A stretch of 64,000 nucleotides of DNA from Candidatus Saccharimonadales bacterium (GCA_049521895.1 JBEKOJ010000001.1:98717-162716), one strand, 5' to 3'. Numbered from the stretch's first letter, positions 44,724 to 53,078 are shown. A program made the numbers and translations. Notes: a model not told the origin generated them from the letters alone.

Positions 44724-46517
44724 GTTAGTGATCAGACTTTTAATACTTGCCTGAGTTGTCGATCTCAAATCCGTCAGCTTTAATTTACTGTCTTTTACTT
44801 TTTTATAAAACTTTATAGCAGAAATTAGCTTTGGCAGATTATTGTCGAGCAGGTACTTAGAATTAGTTGTCGTGTATCTTACGCTACTATTCCCAATAAC
44901 ATGCTTCTTAAAATCGCCCTTAGTAAAAATATCTTCGATTCCATCAACCCCTACCCCAATTAACTTGTTACTAGAGAGTGTTGGGTCACCACCGAACACA
45001 TCCCGTTTGATTTCTCTCCTGACACTCTTACCAGCTGGATCGTCATCAGTAAGCACTACAAAATCTAGATCCCATCCCAAGAATAAATTAACTAAGAGCG
45101 GGATATTTGTGACTCCTGTAGCAGGCAGAAAGTTAGTTTCATGCGTTTCGCCGATTAGTTTTTTAAAGGCTTTAAGATAATAGAACGCACTTGGCTCTTC
45201 AAGAATAATATTATTTTTATTCTTTATGGCCTTTTGGTGGTCAAGACTTACGCCAATGAGAGTATATACAGGAAATAGGGTGTCTCTGTTGGCTGCACCA
45301 AGTTTATGTATGTCAAAGACATTTGTTTCACTATTCTCATCATCCACATCTGATCTCTGAACTGCCAGTAAGCGGTAGAGTGATTCAGGCTCAATTAAGT
45401 AAGGTGAGTGAGTTGTATAAAAGATCTGAAGATTCTTCCTAATGTCTTCGAATACTTTTAATACATCTTTCTGCGCCTTAGCATGTAATGAAGCACCAGG
45501 TTCATCGATGAGCAGTATATCGTTATTATTTTCGACTTTTGCCATTGCGTTTAACTGTAAGAAAAAGGACAAAAACCACTGCACCCCCTTACTGCGCTGA
45601 TCAGGGCGCAAAAGCTCTTGAGAATCCTTAACCCAAAACGAAAGGTAGGGCTTACCCGCTAACTCAGGATCTTTGTCATCATGATTTTTAAGCTCTACCT
45701 CTATTTCTATTTTGCTGCTCTTACCTATATATTGTCTCCAGAACTCCTGAAATTGATGCGTAAGAGCTAGGTTAGCCCTTCTAACTTTTTTACCCAAAGT
45801 CCGTGCGTGAGTTTGTGCTAGATCTGATGAATTTAGATCAACAATTCTAAGAAAATTGCGTGCACCTTTTATGCCAGGAGCTTGTGACGAGGTATTGTCT
45901 ATCTCGCTCAAGTCAATAGTCGCAGGCAGTAGACTACCCAAATCTTCGAAAAATTCAATGCTGGGAGTATGAGAATAGATCTGTTCTACTAAATCGGTAT
46001 AGTCCAAAGCCTTTGGCAGTGCTTTTGTTTCCGTAGCCGCAGGTTCTGCTTCGTTTTCTGCTGGTGCTTCTTCCGCTCCAGGTTCTTCCGCGGGGGGTTC
46101 AGGCGCAGGCTGGCTAGTAGAAACAGACTCAATAATCTCCCTCAGATCATCGTTCTCAATATCTAGGGTCGATGTTTCTTTGTCCAAGCCAGTCCAGGTT
46201 CGCTTAAGTATAATAATGTTCCCATTCTTATGGAAATAGTCAGTTACGGGTTTAGCCCCATCGTATTCTATAAGTATTTCTGCAAGTTCTTCCTCACTAA
46301 ATGCATATGTGCAGGTCACTTCAGGGTATAGGTCAGCATCCTTTAAGTAATCTTCCTTGAGCTCCCCTTGATCAAAGCAGTACAATGCCTCTAGCACTGC
46401 GGTCTTTCCAGCTTCATTCTGACCGATTAGAGCTGTAATGTTGTCAGAAGATGTTTGGCACAGTCCAGTGTCGATAATTGATTTAAAGTCCTTGATTCTA
46501 AAAGCTGTTAACTTCAC
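44706..46517 (-). CDS. OLD-family nuclease (ABC-type ATPase + Toprim)
   Basis: Walker A GQNEAGKT, Walker B ILLIDEPGASLH, Toprim Glu (IILEEPSAFYY) and DxD (VVLTDDDPAGKS). Low GC, GTG start. Confidence 0.8.
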   Translation of the reverse strand: MKLTAFRIKDFKSIIDTGLCQTSSDNITALIGQNEAGKTAVLEALYCFDQGELKEDYLKDADLYPEVTCTYAFSEEELAEILIEYDGAKPVTDYFHKNGNIIILKRTWTGLDKETSTLDIENDDLREIIESVSTSQPAPEPPAEEPGAEEAPAENEAEPAATETKALPKALDYTDLVEQIYSHTPSIEFFEDLGSLLPATIDLSEIDNTSSQAPGIKGARNFLRIVDLNSSDLAQTHARTLGKKVRRANLALTHQFQEFWRQYIGKSSKIEIEVELKNHDDKDPELAGKPYLSFWVKDSQELLRPDQRSKGVQWFLSFFLQLNAMAKVENNNDILLIDEPGASLHAKAQKDVLKVFEDIRKNLQIFYTTHSPYLIEPESLYRLLAVQRSDVDDENSETNVFDIHKLGAANRDTLFPVYTLIGVSLDHQKAIKNKNNIILEEPSAFYYLKAFKKLIGETHETNFLPATGVTNIPLLVNLFLGWDLDFVVLTDDDPAGKSVRREIKRDVFGGDPTLSSNKLIGVGVDGIEDIFTKGDFKKHVIGNSSVRYTTTNSKYLLDNNLPKLISAIKFYKKVKDSKLKLTDLRSTTQASIKSLITNLVSKL

Positions 46518-46654
46518 CTGACCCTCTTTTGCGTAATTATGCTAATTATCCTCTATGCCTTCTAGTAAGTAAATACTACATAATGCTTATGCTTATATCG
46601 CAAGAATTAATAGATGTCGAACGATAAGTATTGGACACTTACGGTATAGGTCTG

Positions 46655-46680
46655 TTTTTGGGGCTCGACGAGAGAGATTT
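46655..46680 (+). repeat. junction motif copy g (TTTTTGGGGCTCGACGAGAGAGATTT)
   Basis: Immediately abuts the stop codon of the SRA-HNH gene. The minus-strand reading contains VEPQK. Confidence 0.75.
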
Positions 46681-47508
46681 CTAGTTATTGAAGAATTTTT
46701 CGTTGTGGTATTTGAGAAATTCTAAATTAATATGATGCTTTGGAGATATCACTATCCTACCCTTCAAAGGCCCGACAAGCTGTAGTCTAGGATCGATTGA
46801 GAAGGCATAATTATCGAACATAACATGGTGATTGGGGCATAGACAAAGTATATTCTCAATTATATCTGGCCCGTCGTGTGGCCTGCCTAATGGCTTTATG
46901 TGCGCTGCTTCAGCATATCTCTGTCCAAGTGGAAGTTCGATAGCCATACCACAAACCTGGCATCTATAGTCATATATCTCCTTCAGCTTTCTAGATTGTT
47001 TTGTGTCACGCACAATTCTTAACGATTGATATTCCCGGCGCTCTGAAGGGAGCACTTCACCTTTGGGCCGACTGGTTTGTTGATAGCTGCCTTCAAGCCT
47101 AAAGCGAATAACGATATGCCCGCTCTTACCAACCTCGCGCCAATATTCAGTTACATAAAAATCCCCAGCATACGTATATCCTCTTTTTGGAGAAAATTTT
47201 GACTCATGATTAGAGTCCCTTATTACATGTATGGGAGCATTTCTTTCCTTACTTATAGCTAAGGCTAGATTACCTTTTGTCAGTTGCTGGTCTGATATTT
47301 GCTTACCACTTCTTGGATCGCGCCCTCCCTCACCGGTGTAAATGACTATGTTGCCATAATCCTCATCATCTTCATAACCACCAGACAAGACTATTGAATA
47401 AGCTCCCGTCGCCGGGTTTCCGGCTATACCAGCCATAAGCGGTCCATGAAGACCTGCTGCTGCAACTTCTCGCCTATTTTGAAAGTTTGTGCCCGGTTTG
47501 ACCATCAT
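46681..47508 (-). CDS. SRA(YDG)-HNH endonuclease, type IV (modification-dependent) restriction enzyme-like
   Basis: SRA pattern AGLHGPLMAGI...GAYSIVLSGGYEDDEDYGNIVIYTGEGG. The C-terminal HNH is CQVCG...AAHIKP...NILCLCPNHHVMFD. Confidence 0.85.
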   Translation of the reverse strand: MMVKPGTNFQNRREVAAAGLHGPLMAGIAGNPATGAYSIVLSGGYEDDEDYGNIVIYTGEGGRDPRSGKQISDQQLTKGNLALAISKERNAPIHVIRDSNHESKFSPKRGYTYAGDFYVTEYWREVGKSGHIVIRFRLEGSYQQTSRPKGEVLPSERREYQSLRIVRDTKQSRKLKEIYDYRCQVCGMAIELPLGQRYAEAAHIKPLGRPHDGPDIIENILCLCPNHHVMFDNYAFSIDPRLQLVGPLKGRIVISPKHHINLEFLKYHNEKFFNN

Positions 47509-47530
47509 TACTTAAGCCTGTGGTTTTCTG

Positions 47531-49387
47531 TCATGAACGAAGACCTTCTCTAAAATAGCCTTCAGTCTCTTTGTCCATAAAGTAAACGTAGACACCTTTA
47601 TGCGCTCGGCTCAGGAGGACTCTATAGACATTCTTGAGGTGGTTAGCAAATTGAGCGTTACCGCGTTTGGCGGCCGAGTCATATGAAAATTCCGGCTGGG
47701 CTATCCAGCTGCCAGCATTTTTTTGATAAACCAAATCCTTGCCAAAAATTACGCCTATGTAGTCAAATTCAAAGCCTTGGGCAGTGTAGACTGTACCGAT
47801 CTGCTCCATACCGCTATCATCTGTTGCCCATTTCCAAAATTCATTTTTCTTTTCCCACGGCATCTCAAAACTGCCGATCTTGACGTCTTTGACTAACGAT
47901 CCATCAGAATTTGGCTCGCTCCACGGCCAACAAAAGCCAGCAGCAATTCTGGCTGAATTTTTCTTCTCAGAATTCTTCTGGCGAATTTTTAGTAGCATGT
48001 CGTGAGGATCATCGAAAATTCTGAACTCCATTTTTGGATCGAAATGTGCTAGATCTGATGGTCTAATATCAAGTAAATTATCAAGCCACTGTAGATAGGC
48101 GTCAGATCCGGAGCAGCGGAACTGAGTCGTAAGCTCAAATTCTCCAATATCTTCTGGTCCAATACCAATCCTTTCAGCAGCATTTTTAATCAACTTAACA
48201 CTACCGATCTCGTTAGGGCGCACTACCTGGTATTCATCAATAAAGAAAATTGAAAGTTTGGCCACGCTTAATAACTCATCGATTTGTGGCATATTGGAGC
48301 GCTGAGTTTTTGAGGTATACATATTGTTGCTGGTTTCACGTATTCGGTGAGCTTCATCACAGACTAGAACATCAATTGAATTGGACTCAGCGTTCGTAAA
48401 GCTATTGAAGAACTTAAAAAGGTTTTTGGCTCGTACCCCCACGATTTTTCGAAGAGTATTGGTAAAAGCAGATGAACCGGTGGCATGAAAAACTACCTGC
48501 CCCCGCCGCATCAATTCACCCATAACTTCCAGGGCAATCACCGATTTACCGGTTCCCGGTCCACCCTTTACGATAATGACCGATTTGGTTGATTGCACGC
48601 TGAGTTTCTTAGCCCGACCGATAATAGAGTTATATGCTGTAATCTGATCATCAATCAGAGTAAAAATTTGTTGTTTGTGAATCATATCGCCAGTGTGATC
48701 CAGCAGCTTCTTCGACGGCCGGACAGGACTATTAGTGAACCGGTTAAGGACCTCGACACCCTGGCCGGCCGATATACGTTTTTGCAGATATTCTCCGAGG
48801 GCTTTTACATCCTCTTTGCCAAATACGGGGAATTTTTGTAGAGCTACATCGAATGATCTGTCAAGTAATGTTTGCTCACCGGACTCTTTTGAATAGTTGT
48901 GACAGTAGACGCACGAATCTAGTTTCATCGGCTCGCTTTGATCTGTAAAAACCTCGACAAAATCAATTATGCCGTAGTGATAACCTTCGGCTTGTAGAGA
49001 CGGATGGACTTGTTCTTTAACGAATCTGCCGTACTCGACGACGACGTTCCCCTCGCTCTCGCACTTATGAACCTTATCGTTAGACCATTGCTTGAGTTCA
49101 ATTAACACAGCATAGTCACTCGCTCCGTCGTTTTTGCCAAATATCAGTGTGTCAATGCGACGCGAAGTAAATGGTAGTTCGTATTCAATAATGATGCTTG
49201 ATTCAGGCACTTCGGCGTATCGGATAGCGTTATTTAGGTAGTTAAGCGATTCGCGCCATGCACGAGTTTCAGAAGGTCCCGGCGCGCGGCGATAGTATTC
49301 GCTAAAATTATTCTCGAGGATGTCCGCAATTGTATTCGTTGTGACCAGTTCATCAAATTGCCTAATTGTCCCTTCGAAAAGCCTCAT
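47531..49387 (-). CDS. DUF2075-family SF1 helicase-like ATPase with N-terminal PD-(D/E)xK-like module
   Basis: Walker A KGGPGTGKSV, Walker B VLVCDEAHRI, FFIDEYQVVRP, YTAQGFEFDYIGVIFG and VLLSRAHKGVYVY. The N-terminal RRIDTLIFG...VLIELKQW fits D...ExK. Confidence 0.8.
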   Translation of the reverse strand: MRLFEGTIRQFDELVTTNTIADILENNFSEYYRRAPGPSETRAWRESLNYLNNAIRYAEVPESSIIIEYELPFTSRRIDTLIFGKNDGASDYAVLIELKQWSNDKVHKCESEGNVVVEYGRFVKEQVHPSLQAEGYHYGIIDFVEVFTDQSEPMKLDSCVYCHNYSKESGEQTLLDRSFDVALQKFPVFGKEDVKALGEYLQKRISAGQGVEVLNRFTNSPVRPSKKLLDHTGDMIHKQQIFTLIDDQITAYNSIIGRAKKLSVQSTKSVIIVKGGPGTGKSVIALEVMGELMRRGQVVFHATGSSAFTNTLRKIVGVRAKNLFKFFNSFTNAESNSIDVLVCDEAHRIRETSNNMYTSKTQRSNMPQIDELLSVAKLSIFFIDEYQVVRPNEIGSVKLIKNAAERIGIGPEDIGEFELTTQFRCSGSDAYLQWLDNLLDIRPSDLAHFDPKMEFRIFDDPHDMLLKIRQKNSEKKNSARIAAGFCWPWSEPNSDGSLVKDVKIGSFEMPWEKKNEFWKWATDDSGMEQIGTVYTAQGFEFDYIGVIFGKDLVYQKNAGSWIAQPEFSYDSAAKRGNAQFANHLKNVYRVLLSRAHKGVYVYFMDKETEGYFREGLRS

Positions 49388-49731
49388 AGTTCGGTATATT
49401 TCTTGTGGCTGTTTTTGGCTTTCGTAACTGGGTATTTTTTCTCGTTTTTCTTCATTTTGCGCTCAAATTCCTTCGGTAAATTTATATCTAGATCATGCGC
49501 TATCAAAAGTACCCAGTACAAAACATCCACTAGTTCATCGCTTACTTCTTCACGATTCTTTTTTAGATGTTTTTTAATTTCTTTGGCTGACTTCCATTGA
49601 AAGTGCTCCAAAAATTCGGCGGCTTCAAGCGCCAAAGAAATGGCTAAGTCTTTAGGATTATGAAACTGTTCCCAGTTTCGCTTGTCCCGATAGTTAATAA
49701 TCCTTTTTTGCAAATCCTCAAGATCAGACAT
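49384..49731 (-). CDS. MazG-like nucleotide pyrophosphohydrolase (dCTPase/DR2231-type small MazG)
   Basis: RDKRNWEQFHNPKDLAISLALEAAEFLEHFQWK and EEVSDELVDVLYWVLLIAHDL (EExxE/D metal motifs). The stop overlaps the DUF2075 start by 4 nt (ATGA). ATG at 49731 has a GGAG RBS. Confidence 0.8.
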   Translation of the reverse strand: MSDLEDLQKRIINYRDKRNWEQFHNPKDLAISLALEAAEFLEHFQWKSAKEIKKHLKKNREEVSDELVDVLYWVLLIAHDLDINLPKEFERKMKKNEKKYPVTKAKNSHKKYTEL

Positions 49732-49751
49732 CAAAGCTCCAATTCCAGCTA

Positions 49752-49757
49752 ATTATA
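49752..49757 (-). promoter_or_regulatory. putative -10 box (GGGTATAAT) of the MazG-DUF2075-SRA/HNH operon
   Basis: TATAAT lies about 20 nt upstream of the ATG. The same GGTATAAT-type box precedes several neighbouring small genes (about 50210, 50735, 52290 on the minus strand). Confidence 0.35.
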
Positions 49758-49824
49758 CCCCTGTTTGGGGTGCTGGCGCTAGCCAGTTTGTAGTTAAGCG
49801 GGTCCAAGCCGCCGCGAGCCTGGT

Positions 49825-50178
49825 TTAGTAAACGGGGAGCTGTTCCATCAAGTTAGCTTCATCTTGGAGTTCGCTGACTAGCTGGCGTTTGCGGCCGGCC
49901 CTAATTTTGTATTTTTGTCGGCGTAGAAACTGTACGACCGTACCGATGGCAAGCACAGTGAATAAAGCGGTGGCTTCTTCTTTTTCATACGCCCACTGTT
50001 CGGGCACATAGTTCAGAGCTATTGTCGCCCCGCCTGACAGCAGAGCCATTGCTCCAAAAGACTGGGCGCTGTCTTTAATATCCGCCGCGGTATCTTCTAG
50101 ATCTTCTGCCTGCATATCCAGACCGTCTATGATAATTCCCAACTCTTCTTGCTCGGTTGTTTTTAGATCTTCAATCAT
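49825..50178 (-). CDS. hypothetical membrane protein (acidic N-terminus, 2 TM)
   Basis: ORF with its own TATAAT-like box upstream. No domain recognised. Confidence 0.5.
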   Translation of the reverse strand: MIEDLKTTEQEELGIIIDGLDMQAEDLEDTAADIKDSAQSFGAMALLSGGATIALNYVPEQWAYEKEEATALFTVLAIGTVVQFLRRQKYKIRAGRKRQLVSELQDEANLMEQLPVY

Positions 50179-50235
50179 GTTTTAGTAAATCTTACAAGTT
50201 AACCAAAAAATTATACCCCCGTTCCGGCAAAATCT

Positions 50236-50703
50236 CTAATCGGGTCGGGATTGTTGTGAAAAAGATTTTTGATGCAATAGAAGTTCGTCGTCTGTTTTGT
50301 AAATTGGTATCCAAAGTTCCTCTCCGGGTGGCGCAGGGCGCCATTCGCTAGAAAGTTCCGAAACATCGCGCATAACCAAGTACATGACATACAGCTCAGA
50401 CCATTCCGGGACCATACGGGCAGCGACTACCTCACCATCAAAGACTGCCCCAGTGTCGGTGAACTTTGGAGGAACATTTTTCCAGTCGAACGACTTTCCA
50501 TCACGCTGTGGTTGACATCTAAACCCATGCCGTTGCTGCCGATAGCCCCAAGCCACTGTAACCGCTCTAAGACCCTTAGCGCCATAAGCCTCTGCAAACA
50601 GGGCGCACCAGTCGTCGTCCACCTCACGCGGCAAAGGCACGACAATAATATTAATATTCTGGTTCTCCCACGGCTCGTGAGAATGGGCTTCAAAAGATGA
50701 CAT
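50236..50703 (-). CDS. hypothetical protein
   Basis: The start is taken at MSSFEAH. The longer GTG-start ORF would read through a TATAAT box. Confidence 0.5.
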   Translation of the reverse strand: MSSFEAHSHEPWENQNINIIVVPLPREVDDDWCALFAEAYGAKGLRAVTVAWGYRQQRHGFRCQPQRDGKSFDWKNVPPKFTDTGAVFDGEVVAARMVPEWSELYVMYLVMRDVSELSSEWRPAPPGEELWIPIYKTDDELLLHQKSFSQQSRPD

Positions 50704-50771
50704 ATTTATAAAAAATTTGTGTAAAAGATTATACCTTTGTTGATGGGAATTGTACACTTAGATTATTTGAA

Positions 50772-50793
50772 AATACTTAACAAGTTAAGTATT
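50772..50793. terminator. perfect palindrome AATACTTAAC-AA-GTTAAGTATT (family member)
   Basis: 10-bp arms lying between two tandem minus-strand genes. On the minus strand it is followed by TTTCAAAT. Confidence 0.5.
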
Positions 50794-50807
50794 CCCCGCC
50801 TGCTAGT

Positions 50808-51233
50808 CTAGGTGGCTTCTCGCTCTATAGGAGAGCTGATGGCATCATAAACAGCAGCTAATCTTCCCAGATCACTTATTGTCATAGCCTCTACCGTTGT
50901 CAGCATATAGTTGGAGCCGTCCTCTACCCTGTGGTGCAAATAGGCATTTTCATCATCGACTACGATTTCGTAAGAACCTTCTGTAGGCTGTAGAATGCCA
51001 ACCATACCCTCCCGAGCTGCAGTTTCATGCCAGGATCTGATTACAAAAATTCCCTCGTCTTCTATAGTCATAGGGGCAATTTGTATATCAGTCGGACTTA
51101 CTACGTGTTCTTTACCGTATCGTTCACCAGCTACATGCTTGGCAATTCTCGTTACTTTATCCGCGAGAGTACCTAGTTCGGCCTCCGCTCCATCATATTC
51201 AGGACCAACTATTTTAATTTCTGGGGTTGCCAT
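50808..51233 (-). CDS. hypothetical protein
   Basis: 141-aa ORF. No domain recognised. Confidence 0.5.
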   Translation of the reverse strand: MATPEIKIVGPEYDGAEAELGTLADKVTRIAKHVAGERYGKEHVVSPTDIQIAPMTIEDEGIFVIRSWHETAAREGMVGILQPTEGSYEIVVDDENAYLHHRVEDGSNYMLTTVEAMTISDLGRLAAVYDAISSPIEREAT

Positions 51234-51287
51234 TTTGAAGATTATAAACCTGTTTTTGGAAAGAAGACAGATTAATCTGTTTTAGCG

Positions 51288-51815
51288 GTGGTTTTGGTTC
51301 TTGCTTTGGCCTTGATAGGAGTTCATCATAAAAGCGGAGGAAAAAGTATGCAAAACAACACTGTTGGTGCCAGTGGAATGATAATTTCTAGCCCGGCATT
51401 CAAAGACAGCCAACCTATACCGGAGCAATATAGCTGCAAGGGGCAAAATACCTCCCCGCCGCTGAGTTTCTCCAGCCCGCCGGCGTCGGCCAAAAGTTTG
51501 GCGCTGATTGTGCACGACCCGGACGCCCCATCTGGTGATTATGCACATTGGGTGATGTGGAATATCGCCCCGTCAACTACGGAGATTGCGGCCAACAGCG
51601 TGCCGACCGGCGCTATGCAGGGGCCGAACACCGGCGGTAGAAACACTTACATGGGTCCGTGCCCGCCATCTGGGACTCATCACTACATTTTTGAGCTTTA
51701 TGCGCTTGATGGGGTGCTGGATCTGCCACCGCAAACCAGCCGCGACCAGCTTCTTGCTGCCATCAACGGCCACACTTTGGCAAAAGCTACCCTTACAGGC
51801 CTATTCAGCCACTAA
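51288..51815 (+). CDS. YbhB/YbcL-family PEBP (Raf-kinase-inhibitor-like) protein
   Basis: LALIVHDPDAPSGDYAHWVMWNI and GPCPPSGTHHYIFELYALD motifs. The true start may be the internal MQNN or MIISSP Met. Confidence 0.85.
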   Translation: MVLVLALALIGVHHKSGGKSMQNNTVGASGMIISSPAFKDSQPIPEQYSCKGQNTSPPLSFSSPPASAKSLALIVHDPDAPSGDYAHWVMWNIAPSTTEIAANSVPTGAMQGPNTGGRNTYMGPCPPSGTHHYIFELYALDGVLDLPPQTSRDQLLAAINGHTLAKATLTGLFSH

Positions 51816-51849
51816 TAAAGCATATGCACCAGGCCTGAGCATTGGCTTT

Positions 51850-52278
51850 TTAAAATTCCAGTGCTGGATTAGTAGCGCCACTTAAAACCCGTATGTCGTC
51901 GGTACCTTCTGTCTGAATTTCAGGTGGTTTTGATCTTATTGCTTTTTTGGCCAAGTAGCGAATGGTTAACGTGTAATCTTGGCTACCGCCATCGGTAACT
52001 CTTCGCTCATAAGGAGGAGTGGTCTGATCAATAGTAGTTTTTTTGAGCGGTTTGCGGTAGGCGTAGCGGGGTATGTCTACGGAACTGGAGTTTTCGTATT
52101 CCGTGAAATCCCCGAGATCATAAATAGATAACTCCGTGTCATTGATATTAATAAAGGATAGTAAATTTCGCTTGCCACCTTTAAAATCAGTGAATTTCCA
52201 CCGCTCGCCCGGACCAATCGTAACTTTAGGCTCATGATCTGTAGGATGCGGCGGTTTTAGAATAGCTTCGAAAGGCAT
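51850..52278 (-). CDS. hypothetical protein
   Basis: The start is taken at MPFEAILK, 7 nt downstream of a TATAAT box (possible leaderless mRNA). Confidence 0.45.
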   Translation of the reverse strand: MPFEAILKPPHPTDHEPKVTIGPGERWKFTDFKGGKRNLLSFININDTELSIYDLGDFTEYENSSSVDIPRYAYRKPLKKTTIDQTTPPYERRVTDGGSQDYTLTIRYLAKKAIRSKPPEIQTEGTDDIRVLSGATNPALEF

Positions 52279-52357
52279 AACTAAATTATACCTTTGTCTT
52301 GAACGCAAAACTATAGAGAAGCTACCTGTTTTCAAAAAGAGTATAGGATTTGACGGT

Positions 52358-52810
52358 TTAATTGAACTCGACTGAAAACGGGTATTCGTTGTAGGCCAGC
52401 ATTTTTCCGGCTTTTGATAAGACCTCTACCCGCAGCGTGTAGTCGCCCTGATCAACAACCGGCAGACCCTGGGCATTAAAGTTCATGTTTGCCTTGTTGA
52501 TGCCGGCGGGCAGCATATTTTCCTGGTCCATGGTGGTTAGATTAGCGCCTGAAGGACTGATGATATGCGCTTTGAAAGTGATAAAGGTGTCTTTTTTTAG
52601 CTTTTCGTCAAACAGCCAAGACGTGGCGATGGAATACGCTGCCGGCAGGTTGATCTGCTGCTTGCCCAGTTGCACATTGTCGCGCCCGAGTTGCTCGCGG
52701 TTAAGATTAAAAGTAAATCTATCAATAATTTTTATTACTGATGTCATGTTATCCGAAGCATCAGTAACAACCTCGCGAGCCATAAGAAGGTATAAATTTT
52801 TGACGGTCAT
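52358..52810 (-). CDS. hypothetical protein
   Basis: The start is taken at MTVKNLYLL, which removes the overlap with the upstream gene. No domain recognised. Confidence 0.45.
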   Translation of the reverse strand: MTVKNLYLLMAREVVTDASDNMTSVIKIIDRFTFNLNREQLGRDNVQLGKQQINLPAAYSIATSWLFDEKLKKDTFITFKAHIISPSGANLTTMDQENMLPAGINKANMNFNAQGLPVVDQGDYTLRVEVLSKAGKMLAYNEYPFSVEFN

Positions 52811-52817
52811 GCAGAAA

Positions 52818-53078
52818 TTATTCTTTTTCGCTATAGACTTGGTCGCCTTCACGAACCTTCTGCTCGACCTTTAGACCAAAATCGTCACCGGCTTTGACTT
52901 GCTCGACGCTTTGATGCTCCACCTCCAGCGAGCCCACCACCTGATCAAAATCGGTAGCATGGCCCTTAAAATGCACGTGGTCACCCTTTTGCACCGTTGC
53001 GCCCGGGTTTAGCTTTACCACCGCTACGCCGAGTTTATCGAAGTAGTGGGTGACTTTGCCCAATGTATCAGATGCCAT
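52818..53078 (-). CDS. small EF-Tu-domain-2-like beta-barrel protein (translation elongation factor-like)
   Basis: GKVTHYFDKLGVAVVKL...GDHVHFKG...VGSLEVEHQSV..AGDDFGLKV pattern. The start is taken at MASDTLGK. Confidence 0.5.
   Translation of the reverse strand: MASDTLGKVTHYFDKLGVAVVKLNPGATVQKGDHVHFKGHATDFDQVVGSLEVEHQSVEQVKAGDDFGLKVEQKVREGDQVYSEKE

Noticed and set aside
34454-46680. Classical integron cassette array, with attC sites between cassettes.
   Set aside because: - There is no IntI-like gene or attI in the window.
- The motif lacks the R''/L''-L'/R' inverted-repeat architecture and the GTTRRRY core.
- Cassette genes lie on both strands.

The resemblance is only conceptual.
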